DNA of 38,844 bases from Nitrospiraceae bacterium (GTDB taxonomy: Bacteria > Nitrospirota > Nitrospiria > Nitrospirales > Nitrospiraceae), in contig JBFGRM010000001.1 in the NCBI GenBank assembly GCA_041563675.1, positions 1 through 38,844 of the forward strand, read 5' to 3'. Shown piece by piece: positions 1 to 8,231 of the stretch. Position 1 is the first letter of the stretch; the number at the start of each line of letters is the position of its first letter. The notes beneath the pieces were generated by a model that did no database searches, was not told the DNA's origin, and saw only the letters and a list, made by a program, of their open reading frames with translations. A program made the position numbers and the translations under genes.

Positions 1-1
1 C

Positions 2-211
2 GTCACCTGCCAGGAGGGCGACGGCGCCATCGTGTCCGCCGCGGCTTCTGGCGTAGGGACCATCGTGAGCGCGCTGGCAAGGACCCAGAAGCTCATCAGC
101 CCTGATGTAAATCTGACCGACATCGCCGGCATTCCTTTCAGTTCGGCCCCCTGCTCTGTGGCCACGTGTGCAGCACAGCCGTCAGGACGCCCGAGGGGCC
201 CCCGCACGTGA
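2..211 (+). CDS. 3' end of an unidentified CDS entering from the left edge (69 codons, stop TGA at 209-211)
   Basis: Frame 2 is open from the window edge and has G/C-biased third positions (gtc acc tgc cag gag ggc gac ggc gcc atc gtg ...). It is missing from the ORF track because no start codon lies in the window. No recognisable motif. Confidence 0.3.
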   Translation, partial: VTCQEGDGAIVSAAASGVGTIVSALARTQKLISPDVNLTDIAGIPFSSAPCSVATCAAQPSGRPRGPRT

Positions 212-594
212 GGCTCGGGAGCTGGGGGCAAGGACAATGGCGGCCCCCCTGACAAGGTAGGCAATGGGAGTGCCAAAAGCTCATCCCGCGAGCTCGAACA
301 AAACGCTTGGTTTTCCAGGGAGTTCTTACGGCCGTCGGCGTGGCTGTGAGGCGTGAGCCCAAAAAGGATCGCAATTTGTAAATGTGTTTTCGAATATTGC
401 GAGGTCGCACCTGCGACCACATGCCGGCATGTGCGGACACATGCGGGCCCTTGCCTTTCCTGGCCACCTTTGGCCCCAACTGCCATGGGTACCGGACATT
501 GGGGACCGCGGCCTCACAGAGGCTTCACCACGCGGGTGTGGAGCCCGAGCGCGAACATGTGGCAGCGAGAGCCCTCGCGATGGTTGTGACTGAG

Positions 595-1275
595 CTAGTT
601 GACGGTGCCGGGTGGGGAGGTGTCGGATAACTCCGTCGGCAGGATGAGAGTCAGGAACGGGTGGTCAGCAGATTCCGCTTGGACGACTGCACAGACCCCG
701 CAGACCTGCGGGCTCTGATCGGGGGGAAACGAGAACAGGGCGGGAAACTGGGTCACCGGGGAGACCAGAGGTGAGCGGCAGAGGTGAAGCCGGAGGGCCA
801 TGAGCAGATCGCGAATGCGCTGATCCTGGTCGCGATCCGTCACCTGGTCCGAAGCCGTGATGCCGAAGTCCCAGAGCGGCCGGCTGATGCCGACCGGCAG
901 GGGAAGCCCCATTTCTTGAGCCTGGGGAGTGATGTCGATCAGGATACCGGATTCAATGGCCTGGTCCCGCGACCCGGACTGCACCGCCTGCATCTCGCGT
1001 TCCGCTCGTCCCCGGCGCCCCCGCGGCCGCTCCACGGAGCTTGATGTCGCGCCCTGAGCCGGGTCTTCTGCAGACACCGCAAGGGCTTCTTCGGGTTCCG
1101 GCTCGCCGACCTGTGCGAGCTGCTGGACGAGCGGCGCTTCCATGCCCGGCAACACCTTGATGATGTTGTCATACACGGCTTGCGCCGCCGATGACCAACT
1201 CGGGTCCGGTGGAAGCCCGCGAAAGGCCGCCTCGGCGGCCTTCTTTTCGTCGTGTGTCAGTTGACGCAAAGCCAT
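595..1275 (-). CDS. Hypothetical protein. The C-terminal ~110 aa resemble a small domain I associate with plasmid/ICE-borne proteins.
   Basis: The ORF 595..1311 begins at TTG. The first ATG is at 1275 (MALRQLTHDEKK...). Central linker is acidic and Pro/Arg-rich. The C-terminal motif string is RDQAIESGILIDITPQAQEMGLPLPVGISRPLW...RIRDLLMAL. Long non-coding stretches flank it on both sides. Confidence 0.55.
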   Translation of the reverse strand: MALRQLTHDEKKAAEAAFRGLPPDPSWSSAAQAVYDNIIKVLPGMEAPLVQQLAQVGEPEPEEALAVSAEDPAQGATSSSVERPRGRRGRAEREMQAVQSGSRDQAIESGILIDITPQAQEMGLPLPVGISRPLWDFGITASDQVTDRDQDQRIRDLLMALRLHLCRSPLVSPVTQFPALFSFPPDQSPQVCGVCAVVQAESADHPFLTLILPTELSDTSPPGTVN

Positions 1276-1331
1276 GTTTGTTCCAGGTAACGTCGTCTTT
1301 CGTAGAGTCAACCCCAGTCAGGGTTACTGAT

Positions 1332-1340
1332 ATTCTACCA
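1332..1340 (-). promoter_or_regulatory. Extended -10 promoter element (TGgTAGAAT on the minus strand) upstream of the 595..1275 gene
   Basis: The minus strand reads ...gcgTGgTAGAATatcagta... No good -35 hexamer is visible. The position, ~55 nt upstream of ATG 1275, is plausible. Confidence 0.35.
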
Positions 1341-1638
1341 CGCGGCGGAAGCCGGAGAAATCAGGCGCTTGCGGCCCTCGCGGCAGGTGACATTTTACGC
1401 CTCTTTTGTCAACCAAACGCTCCACAGCCGTCAACACAGGCTCGATCACTTCATTTCAGTCGACTGGTGTGCGCCACACACAAGAGCGACCCTGCACCTA
1501 CGTATATAACCGGGGCTTTCCGGGAGTGCTATGGGTTATCTCACAACGGGGGGCAGTGCACCGCGGCTCTGGAACGGGTGTTCTGGAGTGGGGCCGATGC
1601 CGACTGAGCTCTGAGGAAGGTCGGGTGGAGAAGGCGGG

Positions 1639-1715
1639 TGGTGCGCCCGGCAGGACTTGAACCTGCGACCTGCGGGTTCGAAGCCCGACGCTCTATCCAA
1701 CTGAGCTACGGGCGC
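1639..1715 (-). tRNA. tRNA-Arg (anticodon TCG), CCA encoded
   Basis: The reverse complement is GCGCCCGTAGCTCAGTTGGATAGAGCGTCGGGCTTCGAACCCGCAGGTCGCAGGTTCAAGTCCTGCCGGGCGCACCA. It folds as acceptor GCGCCCG/CGGGCGC, D-stem GCTC/GAGC, anticodon loop CT-TCG-AA, 5-nt variable loop, T-arm GCAGG-TTCAAGT-CCTGC and discriminator A. There is one T.C mismatch at the top of the anticodon stem. Confidence 0.95.
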
Positions 1716-1724
1716 ACAGGGGCT

Positions 1725-1755
1725 ATTTCAAGCACGCCGTCGAAAGAGTTGTCAA
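1725..1755 (-). promoter_or_regulatory. Possible promoter of the tRNA-Arg gene (TTGACA-N19-TGAAAT, minus strand)
   Basis: A perfect -35 TTGACA lies at 1755-1750. TGAAAT at 1730-1725 ends 9 nt before the mature tRNA 5' end. The 19-nt spacer is longer than optimal. Confidence 0.3.
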
Positions 1756-1869
1756 GCGACGGACCCCGCCTGCCGCGTTTCGCAAAAAACGAAAAAGGGG
1801 CGCCGTCATCCAGCAACCACTCTTTCTCCGATCCTGTATGGTTCGTGGCGAGTGAGAAGGGCCTGCCGG

Positions 1870-2178
1870 CTACCAGCGGTCTCGATCGCCTCCGCCCTCG
1901 CCGCGACCGCCTCCGCCATAGGGACGCTTCTCCTGGGGCCGGGCTTCGTTGACGACCAGGGTTCGGCCGCCCAAATTGGTACCGTTGAGCGCGGCGACGG
2001 CTTTCTGCGCCTCCTCTTCGGTTGCCATTTCAACGAAACCAAAGCCGCGCGATTGTCCCGTGTACCGGTCCGTGATCACTTTCGCCGATTGCACGGTCCC
2101 GTGCGGCGCGAAGAGCTCGCTGAGCTCTTGTTCGGTGGTGGAATAGGGAAGGCTTCCGACATAGAGTTTGTTACCCAC
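1870..2178 (-). CDS. RRM-type RNA-binding protein with a glycine/arginine-rich tail
   Basis: RNP2 is KLYVGSLPY and RNP1 is RGFGFVEM. The tail is YGGGGRGEGGGDRDRW. A GTG start at 2178 is preceded by GGAGG (2190-2186). The upstream extension in the ORF track lacks a ribosome-binding site. Confidence 0.9.
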   Translation of the reverse strand: MGNKLYVGSLPYSTTEQELSELFAPHGTVQSAKVITDRYTGQSRGFGFVEMATEEEAQKAVAALNGTNLGGRTLVVNEARPQEKRPYGGGGRGEGGGDRDRW

Positions 2179-2400
2179 GACAAACCTCCTCGACGGCTCT
2201 CGATATTGTCTTGAAAGGGAATAGAGGGGGGGCAGGGGGGACGAGAAACCCACACCGGAATGGCACCGTCCAGTCACTCACGATTCCCGGCTGACTTCCT
2301 CTCACAAGGCAACATCGACTCAGGGCCCTTCTCCGATCCGCTCTCCATCACCGGGCCCCGCAGCGATGAATTGCGTCAAAAGCATAGCATGGAGCCTGGC

Positions 2401-2922
2401 TCAGATCAATAACTCCGCTTTTCGCAACAGCTGCAGAATGCTGTCCGCGACCTCGGCCGGCGACCGCTGGTCTGTCTCGATCAGGTGGTGCGCGGCGCGA
2501 CGGTACTTCGGCTCGCGTTCGCGGAGCACCTCCTCAATCTCCTCGATGAATGATTTTCCGGCGGTCAGGGAGGGCCGCTGGTCGTCCCCGCCGATTCGGG
2601 CAGCGATCTCGTGCACCCCGGCGATCAGCCAGAAGACCACCCCGTGCTTCTTGAGGACGGCCACGTTTTCGGACCGCAGGATGATTCCGCCGCCTGTATC
2701 AATGATAATGCCGTCCCGGGCGGCCAGGTCACGGCAGACGTCAGATTCCAGATCCCGGAAGTAGTTCCACCCGGATTGCTGGACGATGTCCGGTATCGAG
2801 CGGTTGGCCCGCTTGACGATCTCGGCGTCCGTAGATACGAGCGCGCGCGAAAGCCGCTCCGTCAGGAGCTTGCCGACCGTGCTTTTGCCGGTACCGCGGT
2901 ACCCGATGAGCACGATATTCAT
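2401..2922 (-). CDS. aroK: Shikimate kinase
   Basis: Walker A is GYRGTGKSTVGK. Also DAEI, DTGGGI and a typical ~170-aa length. The ATG overlaps the aroE stop (ATGA at 2919-2922). Confidence 0.93.
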   Translation of the reverse strand: MNIVLIGYRGTGKSTVGKLLTERLSRALVSTDAEIVKRANRSIPDIVQQSGWNYFRDLESDVCRDLAARDGIIIDTGGGIILRSENVAVLKKHGVVFWLIAGVHEIAARIGGDDQRPSLTAGKSFIEEIEEVLREREPKYRRAAHHLIETDQRSPAEVADSILQLLRKAELLI

Positions 2923-3773
2923 GCGAACCGCACCTCGAGGACCGTGCGCATGACGTCCACGGGCGCAGCCCGCCCCGTCCAGAGCTCAAACTGATCCACC
3001 GCCTGATTCAGAAACATCTCCAGGCCCCGAACCGTCTTGCAGCCCGCCTCCCGCGCCTCCCGCAGCAGTCGAGTCTCCAACGGGTTGTAGACAATGTCCA
3101 TGACCGCCAGGCCGCTGTGCAGCGCGTCCTTCGGGACGACCGACTGTTCCACACGAGGATGCATGCCGACCGGAGTGCCGTGGATCAAGACTTGCGCGTC
3201 CTCAAGCGCGCTGCGAACCCTCCGCTCATCGAGATGCGCTTCCTCTATGGACAGCGACGTCTTCGCCCGCAGGTCGCGCACCAGGGCAACGCGCTCCCGC
3301 TCGTCGATCCCGAGAATCGTGAGACTGCGAGCCTTCGTTCGATCGGCGAGGCCGAAGGCGATGGCCCTGGCGGCGCCCCCCGAGCCCAGGAGCACCACCC
3401 GCTCGTGATCGAGGGCCACGCCGGCTCCGTCGAGGGCGCGCAACGCCCCCGAGGCGTCGGTGTTGTACCCCAGAAGCTTGCCCTGCTCGATAACGACCGT
3501 GTTGACCGACCCGATGTGCCGTGCGGTCGCCTCGACCTCGTCGAGCATCCCCACGATGGCGACCTTGTGGGGGATCGTCACACTGAAACCCCTGAGGTTG
3601 CCCAGGGCTCGCATGCCCGCGACGGCCCCACCCAGGTCTTCGACCCGGCAGGCCACATACACAAAATTGAGCCCCATTGTTTGGAAGGCCGCGTTGTGAA
3701 TCGCCGGCGACAGCGAATGCTCCACCGGATTACCAATCACGGCACAAAGCTGCGTCTGTGCGTTGATCTCCAC
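2919..3773 (-). CDS. aroE: Shikimate 5-dehydrogenase
   Basis: Motifs are VIGNPVEHSLSPAIHNAAF, SVTIPHK, NTD and GSGGAARA. The likely start is GTG 3773, with GAGGG 7 nt upstream. The ORF-track N-terminus (to 3821) is Arg-rich and probably not translated. Confidence 0.9.
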   Translation of the reverse strand: MEINAQTQLCAVIGNPVEHSLSPAIHNAAFQTMGLNFVYVACRVEDLGGAVAGMRALGNLRGFSVTIPHKVAIVGMLDEVEATARHIGSVNTVVIEQGKLLGYNTDASGALRALDGAGVALDHERVVLLGSGGAARAIAFGLADRTKARSLTILGIDERERVALVRDLRAKTSLSIEEAHLDERRVRSALEDAQVLIHGTPVGMHPRVEQSVVPKDALHSGLAVMDIVYNPLETRLLREAREAGCKTVRGLEMFLNQAVDQFELWTGRAAPVDVMRTVLEVRFA

Positions 3774-3826
3774 TCGTCGACCCTCTTGCCTTCCCTTTCG
3801 CGCCCGCCTTTGCCCCCGCACCCTGG

Positions 3827-3851
3827 CCCTCTGCCCCGCTGGGGGAGAGGG
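3827..3851 (-). other. GC-rich hairpin between the SDR gene and aroE
   Basis: CCCTCTGCCCC-gct-GGGGGAGAGGG forms an 11-bp stem with one mismatch. No U-tract follows, so a terminator or attenuator role is unproven. Confidence 0.2.
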
Positions 3852-3914
3852 AAGGGAGAGCAGGCTCGGGGAATGAACGAATGAACGTATGCAGAGAGCG
3901 TCCGAATCACCGCA

Positions 3915-4670
3915 CTAGTGGGCGGTCATGCCCCCATCGATCGTATAGACCATCCCCGTGATCCATCCGGCGTCATCGGACGCCAGATAGAGCACGAGCT
4001 TCGCCACCTCTTGCGGGGTTCCTGCCCGACCCAGGGGGTATGCCGAGAGCACCTGCGCCTTTCGCTCCGGGTCGCTCATGAGGCTGGCGGCCATGGGAGT
4101 ATCCACGAGACCCGGGCTGACCGCGTTGCAACGGATCCCCTGCCCCGCGTAGTCGATCGCGAGGCATCGCGTCAGCGCGTCCAGCCCGCCCTTCGTGGCG
4201 CCGTAGGCCGCGAGCAGCGGAATTCCGACCTGACCTGCGATCGACGAGACGTTCACGATGGCACCCCGACCAGCCTTCAGCATCTCGGGCACCGCCGCAC
4301 GCGTCATGCGAAACACGCCGGTCAAGTTCACCGCCATGAGCTGGTCCCACGTTGCATCGTCAGTCTCGTGGAGCGCCTTCCCGAACGCGCCCACGCCAGC
4401 GTTGTTCACGAGAATATTCAGCGATTTGAATTCTCGTACGGCCTGGCTGACCGCGGTGCGCGCATGGCCGTCGTCGGTGACGTCCCCGGGCACGGCCATC
4501 GCGCGCCCGCCCGCGCCCTGGATGTCCTTCACGACCCGCTCCAACTGCTCCTTGCGACGGCCCGTGATCACGACCGCCGCCCCTGCTTCTGCGAAGGTTT
4601 TCGCGATTGCCTCACCGATCCCCGCGCCCCCGCCTGTCACCAACGCTGTTTTTCCGTCCAGTGCCGTCAT
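3915..4670 (-). CDS. Short-chain dehydrogenase/reductase (FabG-like)
   Basis: Motifs are TGGGAGIGEA (TGxxxGxG), NNAG, the catalytic S...YGATK, and PGLVDTPM. Confidence 0.9.
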   Translation of the reverse strand: MTALDGKTALVTGGGAGIGEAIAKTFAEAGAAVVITGRRKEQLERVVKDIQGAGGRAMAVPGDVTDDGHARTAVSQAVREFKSLNILVNNAGVGAFGKALHETDDATWDQLMAVNLTGVFRMTRAAVPEMLKAGRGAIVNVSSIAGQVGIPLLAAYGATKGGLDALTRCLAIDYAGQGIRCNAVSPGLVDTPMAASLMSDPERKAQVLSAYPLGRAGTPQEVAKLVLYLASDDAGWITGMVYTIDGGMTAH

Positions 4671-5581
4671 GACTCGTTGGGTTCCTCCTCGTCGTCAACA
4701 TCCTGCCCGTTGTCCTCCCATTGCGCCTTCACCAGGCTTCCAGCTTGTTCACTCTCGCCGGAGGCACGGCCCCGTGTCGCTTCGTCCCGGAGTGCGCCCT
4801 GAACACGCCGTGCCACGGTGATGAAGCCGGAGTGCGCGACCATTCTGTGGTCGGGACGGACACTGCGACCTTGAATGTTCCAGGTTCTGAGCAAGGTCTC
4901 GAAGTTCTGGATCTGGGCAAAGACGCCCTCCCGCTCAAGCGCCTCCACCGTCTGCATCACCTGCGGGATCGTCGGCACGTAGCTCAAATACACGCCCCCC
5001 GAGCGCAATGCCCCGACCGCGTGCGGCACGACCCGCCACGGCTCCGGGAGGTCCAGCACGATGCGGTCGAACAGCGCCTCCCCCGGCCCGATCTCGATGC
5101 CCTCATAGGCGTTGCGAAGCAGAAAGCTGAGCTGGGACTGGTCACCGAGATATCGCTCGATGTTCTTCAGAGCCATCCGGGCGAAATCTTCGCGCGCTTC
5201 GTAGGTGACGACGGTGCCCCTTGGACCGACGGCGCGGAGAAGGGCCAGGGTGAGCGCGCCCGATCCCGTCCCGGCCTCGAAGACGCGCGCTCCGGGGTAG
5301 ATATCCGCCCAGACGGTGATCATCGCCAGATCCTTGGGATAGATCACCTGCGCGCCGCGCGGCATCTTCAGCACGTATTCGCCCAGAGTTGGCACCACCG
5401 CCAGCATTCGACGTCCCTTGGACAGCGTCACCAGCGACCCGTCTTCTCTGCCGATGAGCGCATCATGCGTGATCGTCTCGCCGCTCAACTGAAACGTCGC
5501 GCCGGCCTTGAGCGTGAGCGCGTATTGCCGGGCTTTTCTGTCGACGAGGTGAATGCGGTCCCCATCCGTGAGTTTGCGCAT
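4667..5581 (-). CDS. trmI: tRNA (adenine-N1)-methyltransferase, TrmI/Gcd14 family, with an acidic C-terminal tail
   Basis: Motifs are RGAQVIYPKD and the SAM-binding VFEAGTGSGALTLAL, plus DLPEPW. The start is placed at ATG 5581 because the upstream part of the ORF is occupied by a consensus promoter. The stop overlaps the SDR start (4667-4670). Confidence 0.85.
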   Translation of the reverse strand: MRKLTDGDRIHLVDRKARQYALTLKAGATFQLSGETITHDALIGREDGSLVTLSKGRRMLAVVPTLGEYVLKMPRGAQVIYPKDLAMITVWADIYPGARVFEAGTGSGALTLALLRAVGPRGTVVTYEAREDFARMALKNIERYLGDQSQLSFLLRNAYEGIEIGPGEALFDRIVLDLPEPWRVVPHAVGALRSGGVYLSYVPTIPQVMQTVEALEREGVFAQIQNFETLLRTWNIQGRSVRPDHRMVAHSGFITVARRVQGALRDEATRGRASGESEQAGSLVKAQWEDNGQDVDDEEEPNES

Positions 5582-5588
5582 GGACGGC

Positions 5589-5617
5589 ATTCTAGGTGAG
5601 AGCCTGCCCCTTTGCAA
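5589..5617 (-). promoter_or_regulatory. Sigma-70-type promoter TTGCAA-N17-TAGAAT driving trmI
   Basis: The minus strand reads TTGCAAaggggcaggctctcaccTAGAATgccgtccATG. The -10 ends 7 nt before ATG 5581, which implies a leaderless or near-leaderless mRNA. Confidence 0.5.
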
Positions 5618-5641
5618 CCGAGCGAGATCACGGGCGGTTTC

Positions 5642-5670
5642 TTGACAGCCCGCTGTGGCAACCGTATGAT
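5642..5670 (+). promoter_or_regulatory. Sigma-70-type promoter TTGACA-N17-TATGAT driving the nfeD-stomatin pair
   Basis: The plus strand reads cTTGACAgcccgctgtggcaaccgTATGATctgcc. It sits back-to-back with the trmI promoter, with the two -35 boxes 24 bp apart. Confidence 0.55.
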
Positions 5671-5681
5671 CTGCCTGTCAC

Positions 5682-7145
5682 TTGACCATCATCTCAGCCT
5701 CCGTCGAGGCCTCGACCCAAAAGGCCGAGGAAACACCTACGAAGTACCCTGCATCAGCATCTGTCGGTCGCGCTTCGGACCCCGACACGCATTCTCGCCG
5801 GGCCTCCTCTGAGTCGACCACACCCCGCCGATCTCGCGCCCTCACGTGCACCGTGGTGGCTGCGCTGGTCGGTCTCATCCTGATTGCCGCCCCGGTCCCC
5901 GTTGCGCATGCCTCAACAGGGCCGGTCATCGTGGCAACCTACGAGGGAGTCATCAACCCCGTTTCCGCCGAGTACTTCGAGGACGCCCTGTTACATGCCG
6001 AAAGCCGCGGCGCGCGCGCCCTGGTGTTCAGATTGGACACGCCCGGGGGATTGGATACCTCCATGCGCCTGATCGTGAAGGACATTCAGAGCGCGTCGAT
6101 CCCCGTCATCGTCTACGTCTCACCTTCGGGAGGACGCGCGGCATCCGCCGGCGTGTTCATCACCATGGCCGCACCGGTGGCGGCGATGGCGCCCGGCACG
6201 AACATCGGCGCGGCGCATCCGGTGGCCATGGGCGGCGGCGAGATGGACAAGACGATGAGCGAAAAGGTGGAGAACGACGCGGTGGCCTACATCAAGTCCA
6301 TCGCCGAGCAACGCGGTCGCAACAAAGAATGGGCGGAAAACGCGGTGCGTAAGAGCGTCTCCGCGACCGAGCAGGAAGCGCTCAAGCTGAAGGTCATCGA
6401 CCTCGTGGCCGACGACCTTTCAGGGCTACTCGGAGCGTTGGACGGACGGGACGTGGTCCTGGCCGGTCGAACCGTCAGTCTGGAGACCAAGGGGGCTGTC
6501 ATCGAGGAGTTCCCCATGGGCTGGCGTCTCGAGACGCTGAAGGCGCTGAGTGATCCGAATATCGCCTACATTCTGATGACCATCGGCACCATCGGTATCA
6601 TCGCAGAGCTCTACAGCCCGGGTGCGATTCTGCCCGGCGTCGTGGGGGCAATCAGCTTGATCCTGGCGTTCTATTCGTTCCAATCCCTGCCCATCAATTA
6701 TGCCGGGGTGATCCTGCTCATTCTCGGCATCGTGTTCTTTATTCTCGAGGCGACCGTGACGAGCTTCGGAGTCCTCGCTCTCGGCGGGGTCATTTCCATG
6801 CTGCTGGGCTCGCTCATGCTCATGAAATCGGACGCCCCGTTCATGCAGGTGTCGCTCTCCGTGATCATTCCCGTGATCGCCTTGGCCGCAGCCTTCTCCT
6901 TCTTCGTCGTCGGGATGGGGTTCCGTGCGCTGCGAAGCCGTCCCACCACGGGCGGGGAGGGAATGATCGGTCTCATCGGCGTCGCCAAGAGCAAACTGGC
7001 GCCCGAGGGCAAAGTGGTGGTGCAAGGCGAGCTGTGGGACGCGGTGAGTGAGGATCCGCAGCGTCCGGGCGACCACGTCGAGGTGACGGGTATCGAGGGC
7101 TTGAAGCTGCGGGTACGATCTACTTCAAAAAAGGGAGAAGCCTGA
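5682..7145 (+). CDS. NfeD-family membrane-bound serine protease (ClpP-fold N-domain, multi-TM middle, OB-fold C-domain)
   Basis: Motifs are [18 protein letters not shown] and GAAHP. A block of hydrophobic helices spans aa 300-420. The C-terminal [13 protein letters not shown] is NfeD OB-domain-like. The start is uncertain: TTG 5682 lies only ~5 nt from the predicted transcription start, and in-frame GTG 5853 ([21 protein letters not shown]) would give a normal signal peptide. Confidence 0.85.
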   Translation: MTIISASVEASTQKAEETPTKYPASASVGRASDPDTHSRRASSESTTPRRSRALTCTVVAALVGLILIAAPVPVAHASTGPVIVATYEGVINPVSAEYFEDALLHAESRGARALVFRLDTPGGLDTSMRLIVKDIQSASIPVIVYVSPSGGRAASAGVFITMAAPVAAMAPGTNIGAAHPVAMGGGEMDKTMSEKVENDAVAYIKSIAEQRGRNKEWAENAVRKSVSATEQEALKLKVIDLVADDLSGLLGALDGRDVVLAGRTVSLETKGAVIEEFPMGWRLETLKALSDPNIAYILMTIGTIGIIAELYSPGAILPGVVGAISLILAFYSFQSLPINYAGVILLILGIVFFILEATVTSFGVLALGGVISMLLGSLMLMKSDAPFMQVSLSVIIPVIALAAAFSFFVVGMGFRALRSRPTTGGEGMIGLIGVAKSKLAPEGKVVVQGELWDAVSEDPQRPGDHVEVTGIEGLKLRVRSTSKKGEA

Positions 7146-7146
7146 G

Positions 7147-7926
7147 ATGAATATGATGCTGGTCGGGATTGCGCTGCTGGTCATGCTGATCCTCATGGGG
7201 TTCAAGGTCTTGCCCGAATACGAGCGGGCGGTCATCTTTCGATTCGGTCGGCTGGCACGCGGCATCGTCGGCGGGAGCGGTCCCGGGATCATCATCATCA
7301 TCCCCTTCATCGACCGCATGATCCGCGTGAGCTTGCGGACGATCACCATGGATGTGCCCCCCCAGGACGTGATCACCAAAGACAACGTCTCGGTCAAGGT
7401 GAACGCCGTCATCTATTTTCGCGTCGTGGACCAGCAGCGTGCGATTGTCGCGGTTGAGGATTACCTCTATGCCACCTCCATGATCTCCCAGACAACGCTG
7501 AGAAGCGTCCTCGGCCAGAGCCAGCTCGATGACTTGTTGGCAAAGCGGGACGAAATCAATGCCGAGCTGCAGCGGATCATCGACCTTCAGACCGAGCCCT
7601 GGGGCATCAAGGTCACGGCCGTGGAGGTCAAGAACGTGGACCTGCCGCAGGAGATGCAACGCGCTATCGCCAAGCAAGCCGAGGCCGAGCGCGAACGGCG
7701 ATCAAAAGTGATCCATGCCGAGGGCGAATTTCAGGCGGCCCAACGCTTGGCCGACGCCGCCAACGTCATGAGTCAGAACACGATGGCCCTCCAGCTCCGG
7801 TACCTTCAGACCCTGGTCCAGATCGCGGGGGATCGCAGCTCGACGACGATCTTCCCCATCCCGCTCGACATCATGACGTCTTTCATGAAAGGTTCCCAGG
7901 AGCGGGGCGAGAAAAGCAGCCGGTAG
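7147..7926 (+). CDS. SPFH/band-7 (stomatin-like) membrane protein
   Basis: An N-terminal TM segment is followed by [26 protein letters not shown] and EAERE.R. It begins 1 nt after the nfeD stop, the classic NfeD-stomatin pairing. Confidence 0.92.
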   Translation: MNMMLVGIALLVMLILMGFKVLPEYERAVIFRFGRLARGIVGGSGPGIIIIIPFIDRMIRVSLRTITMDVPPQDVITKDNVSVKVNAVIYFRVVDQQRAIVAVEDYLYATSMISQTTLRSVLGQSQLDDLLAKRDEINAELQRIIDLQTEPWGIKVTAVEVKNVDLPQEMQRAIAKQAEAERERRSKVIHAEGEFQAAQRLADAANVMSQNTMALQLRYLQTLVQIAGDRSSTTIFPIPLDIMTSFMKGSQERGEKSSR

Positions 7927-8231
7927 GCATTAGCCGGGTGCGGCTGACCGGCCCGATCCCGTCGGGCTGGGGACCCTCCTGCCGCCACAAGGCGCCTTTT
8001 CGATCTTTATGAAAAAATAATATCATTTAATATCAACGGCTTACGATCTCCATCTCGGGCTCCCCCTTGTCATTCTTGCCGCCGCGCCTATCTACCGCCA
8101 TCTGGGCCACAAGCCCGGAAGTGTGAATCCAACCCCGCATTTCAGGCTCTAATAATACTGTAGGGGGATAGTGCCATTTGCCCCACGGCGCTACAGTAGC
8201 GAATCTTTTTTCTAAGAAAGTAGGCGAGGTT

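Noticed and set aside
405-420. A 10-nt identity (ACCTGCGACC) between this region and the T-arm region of tRNA-Arg, considered as a possible att-site remnant
   Set aside because: A 10-mer match between a 77-nt query and ~1.6 kb of GC-rich DNA on both strands is roughly what chance gives. It does not include the tRNA 3' end and is itself part of a local palindrome.
353-630. Three overlapping plus-strand ORFs (353..589, 382..630, 384..593), plus minus-strand ORFs 138..479 and 326..517
   Set aside because: They overlap each other in different frames, lack a ribosome-binding site and have low-complexity, Cys/His/Arg/Pro/Gly-rich composition. The region is better described as non-coding with palindromes.
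2179-2277. The upstream 33 codons of the RRM protein ORF. Similar over-long N-termini occur for aroE (to 3821), trmI (to 5617), lipB (from 10710), ihfB (to 18820) and membrane paralog 1 (from 12884).
   Set aside because: In each case an internal start with a Shine-Dalgarno sequence or a promoter matches the normal family N-terminus. The extensions are low-complexity or overlap promoter hexamers.
8158-8196. CTGT...ACAG within the sigma-factor leader, considered as a LexA (SOS) box
   Set aside because: The spacing is 27 nt, not the 8 nt of the CTGT-N8-ACAG box. It is more simply part of the 8-bp inverted repeat.
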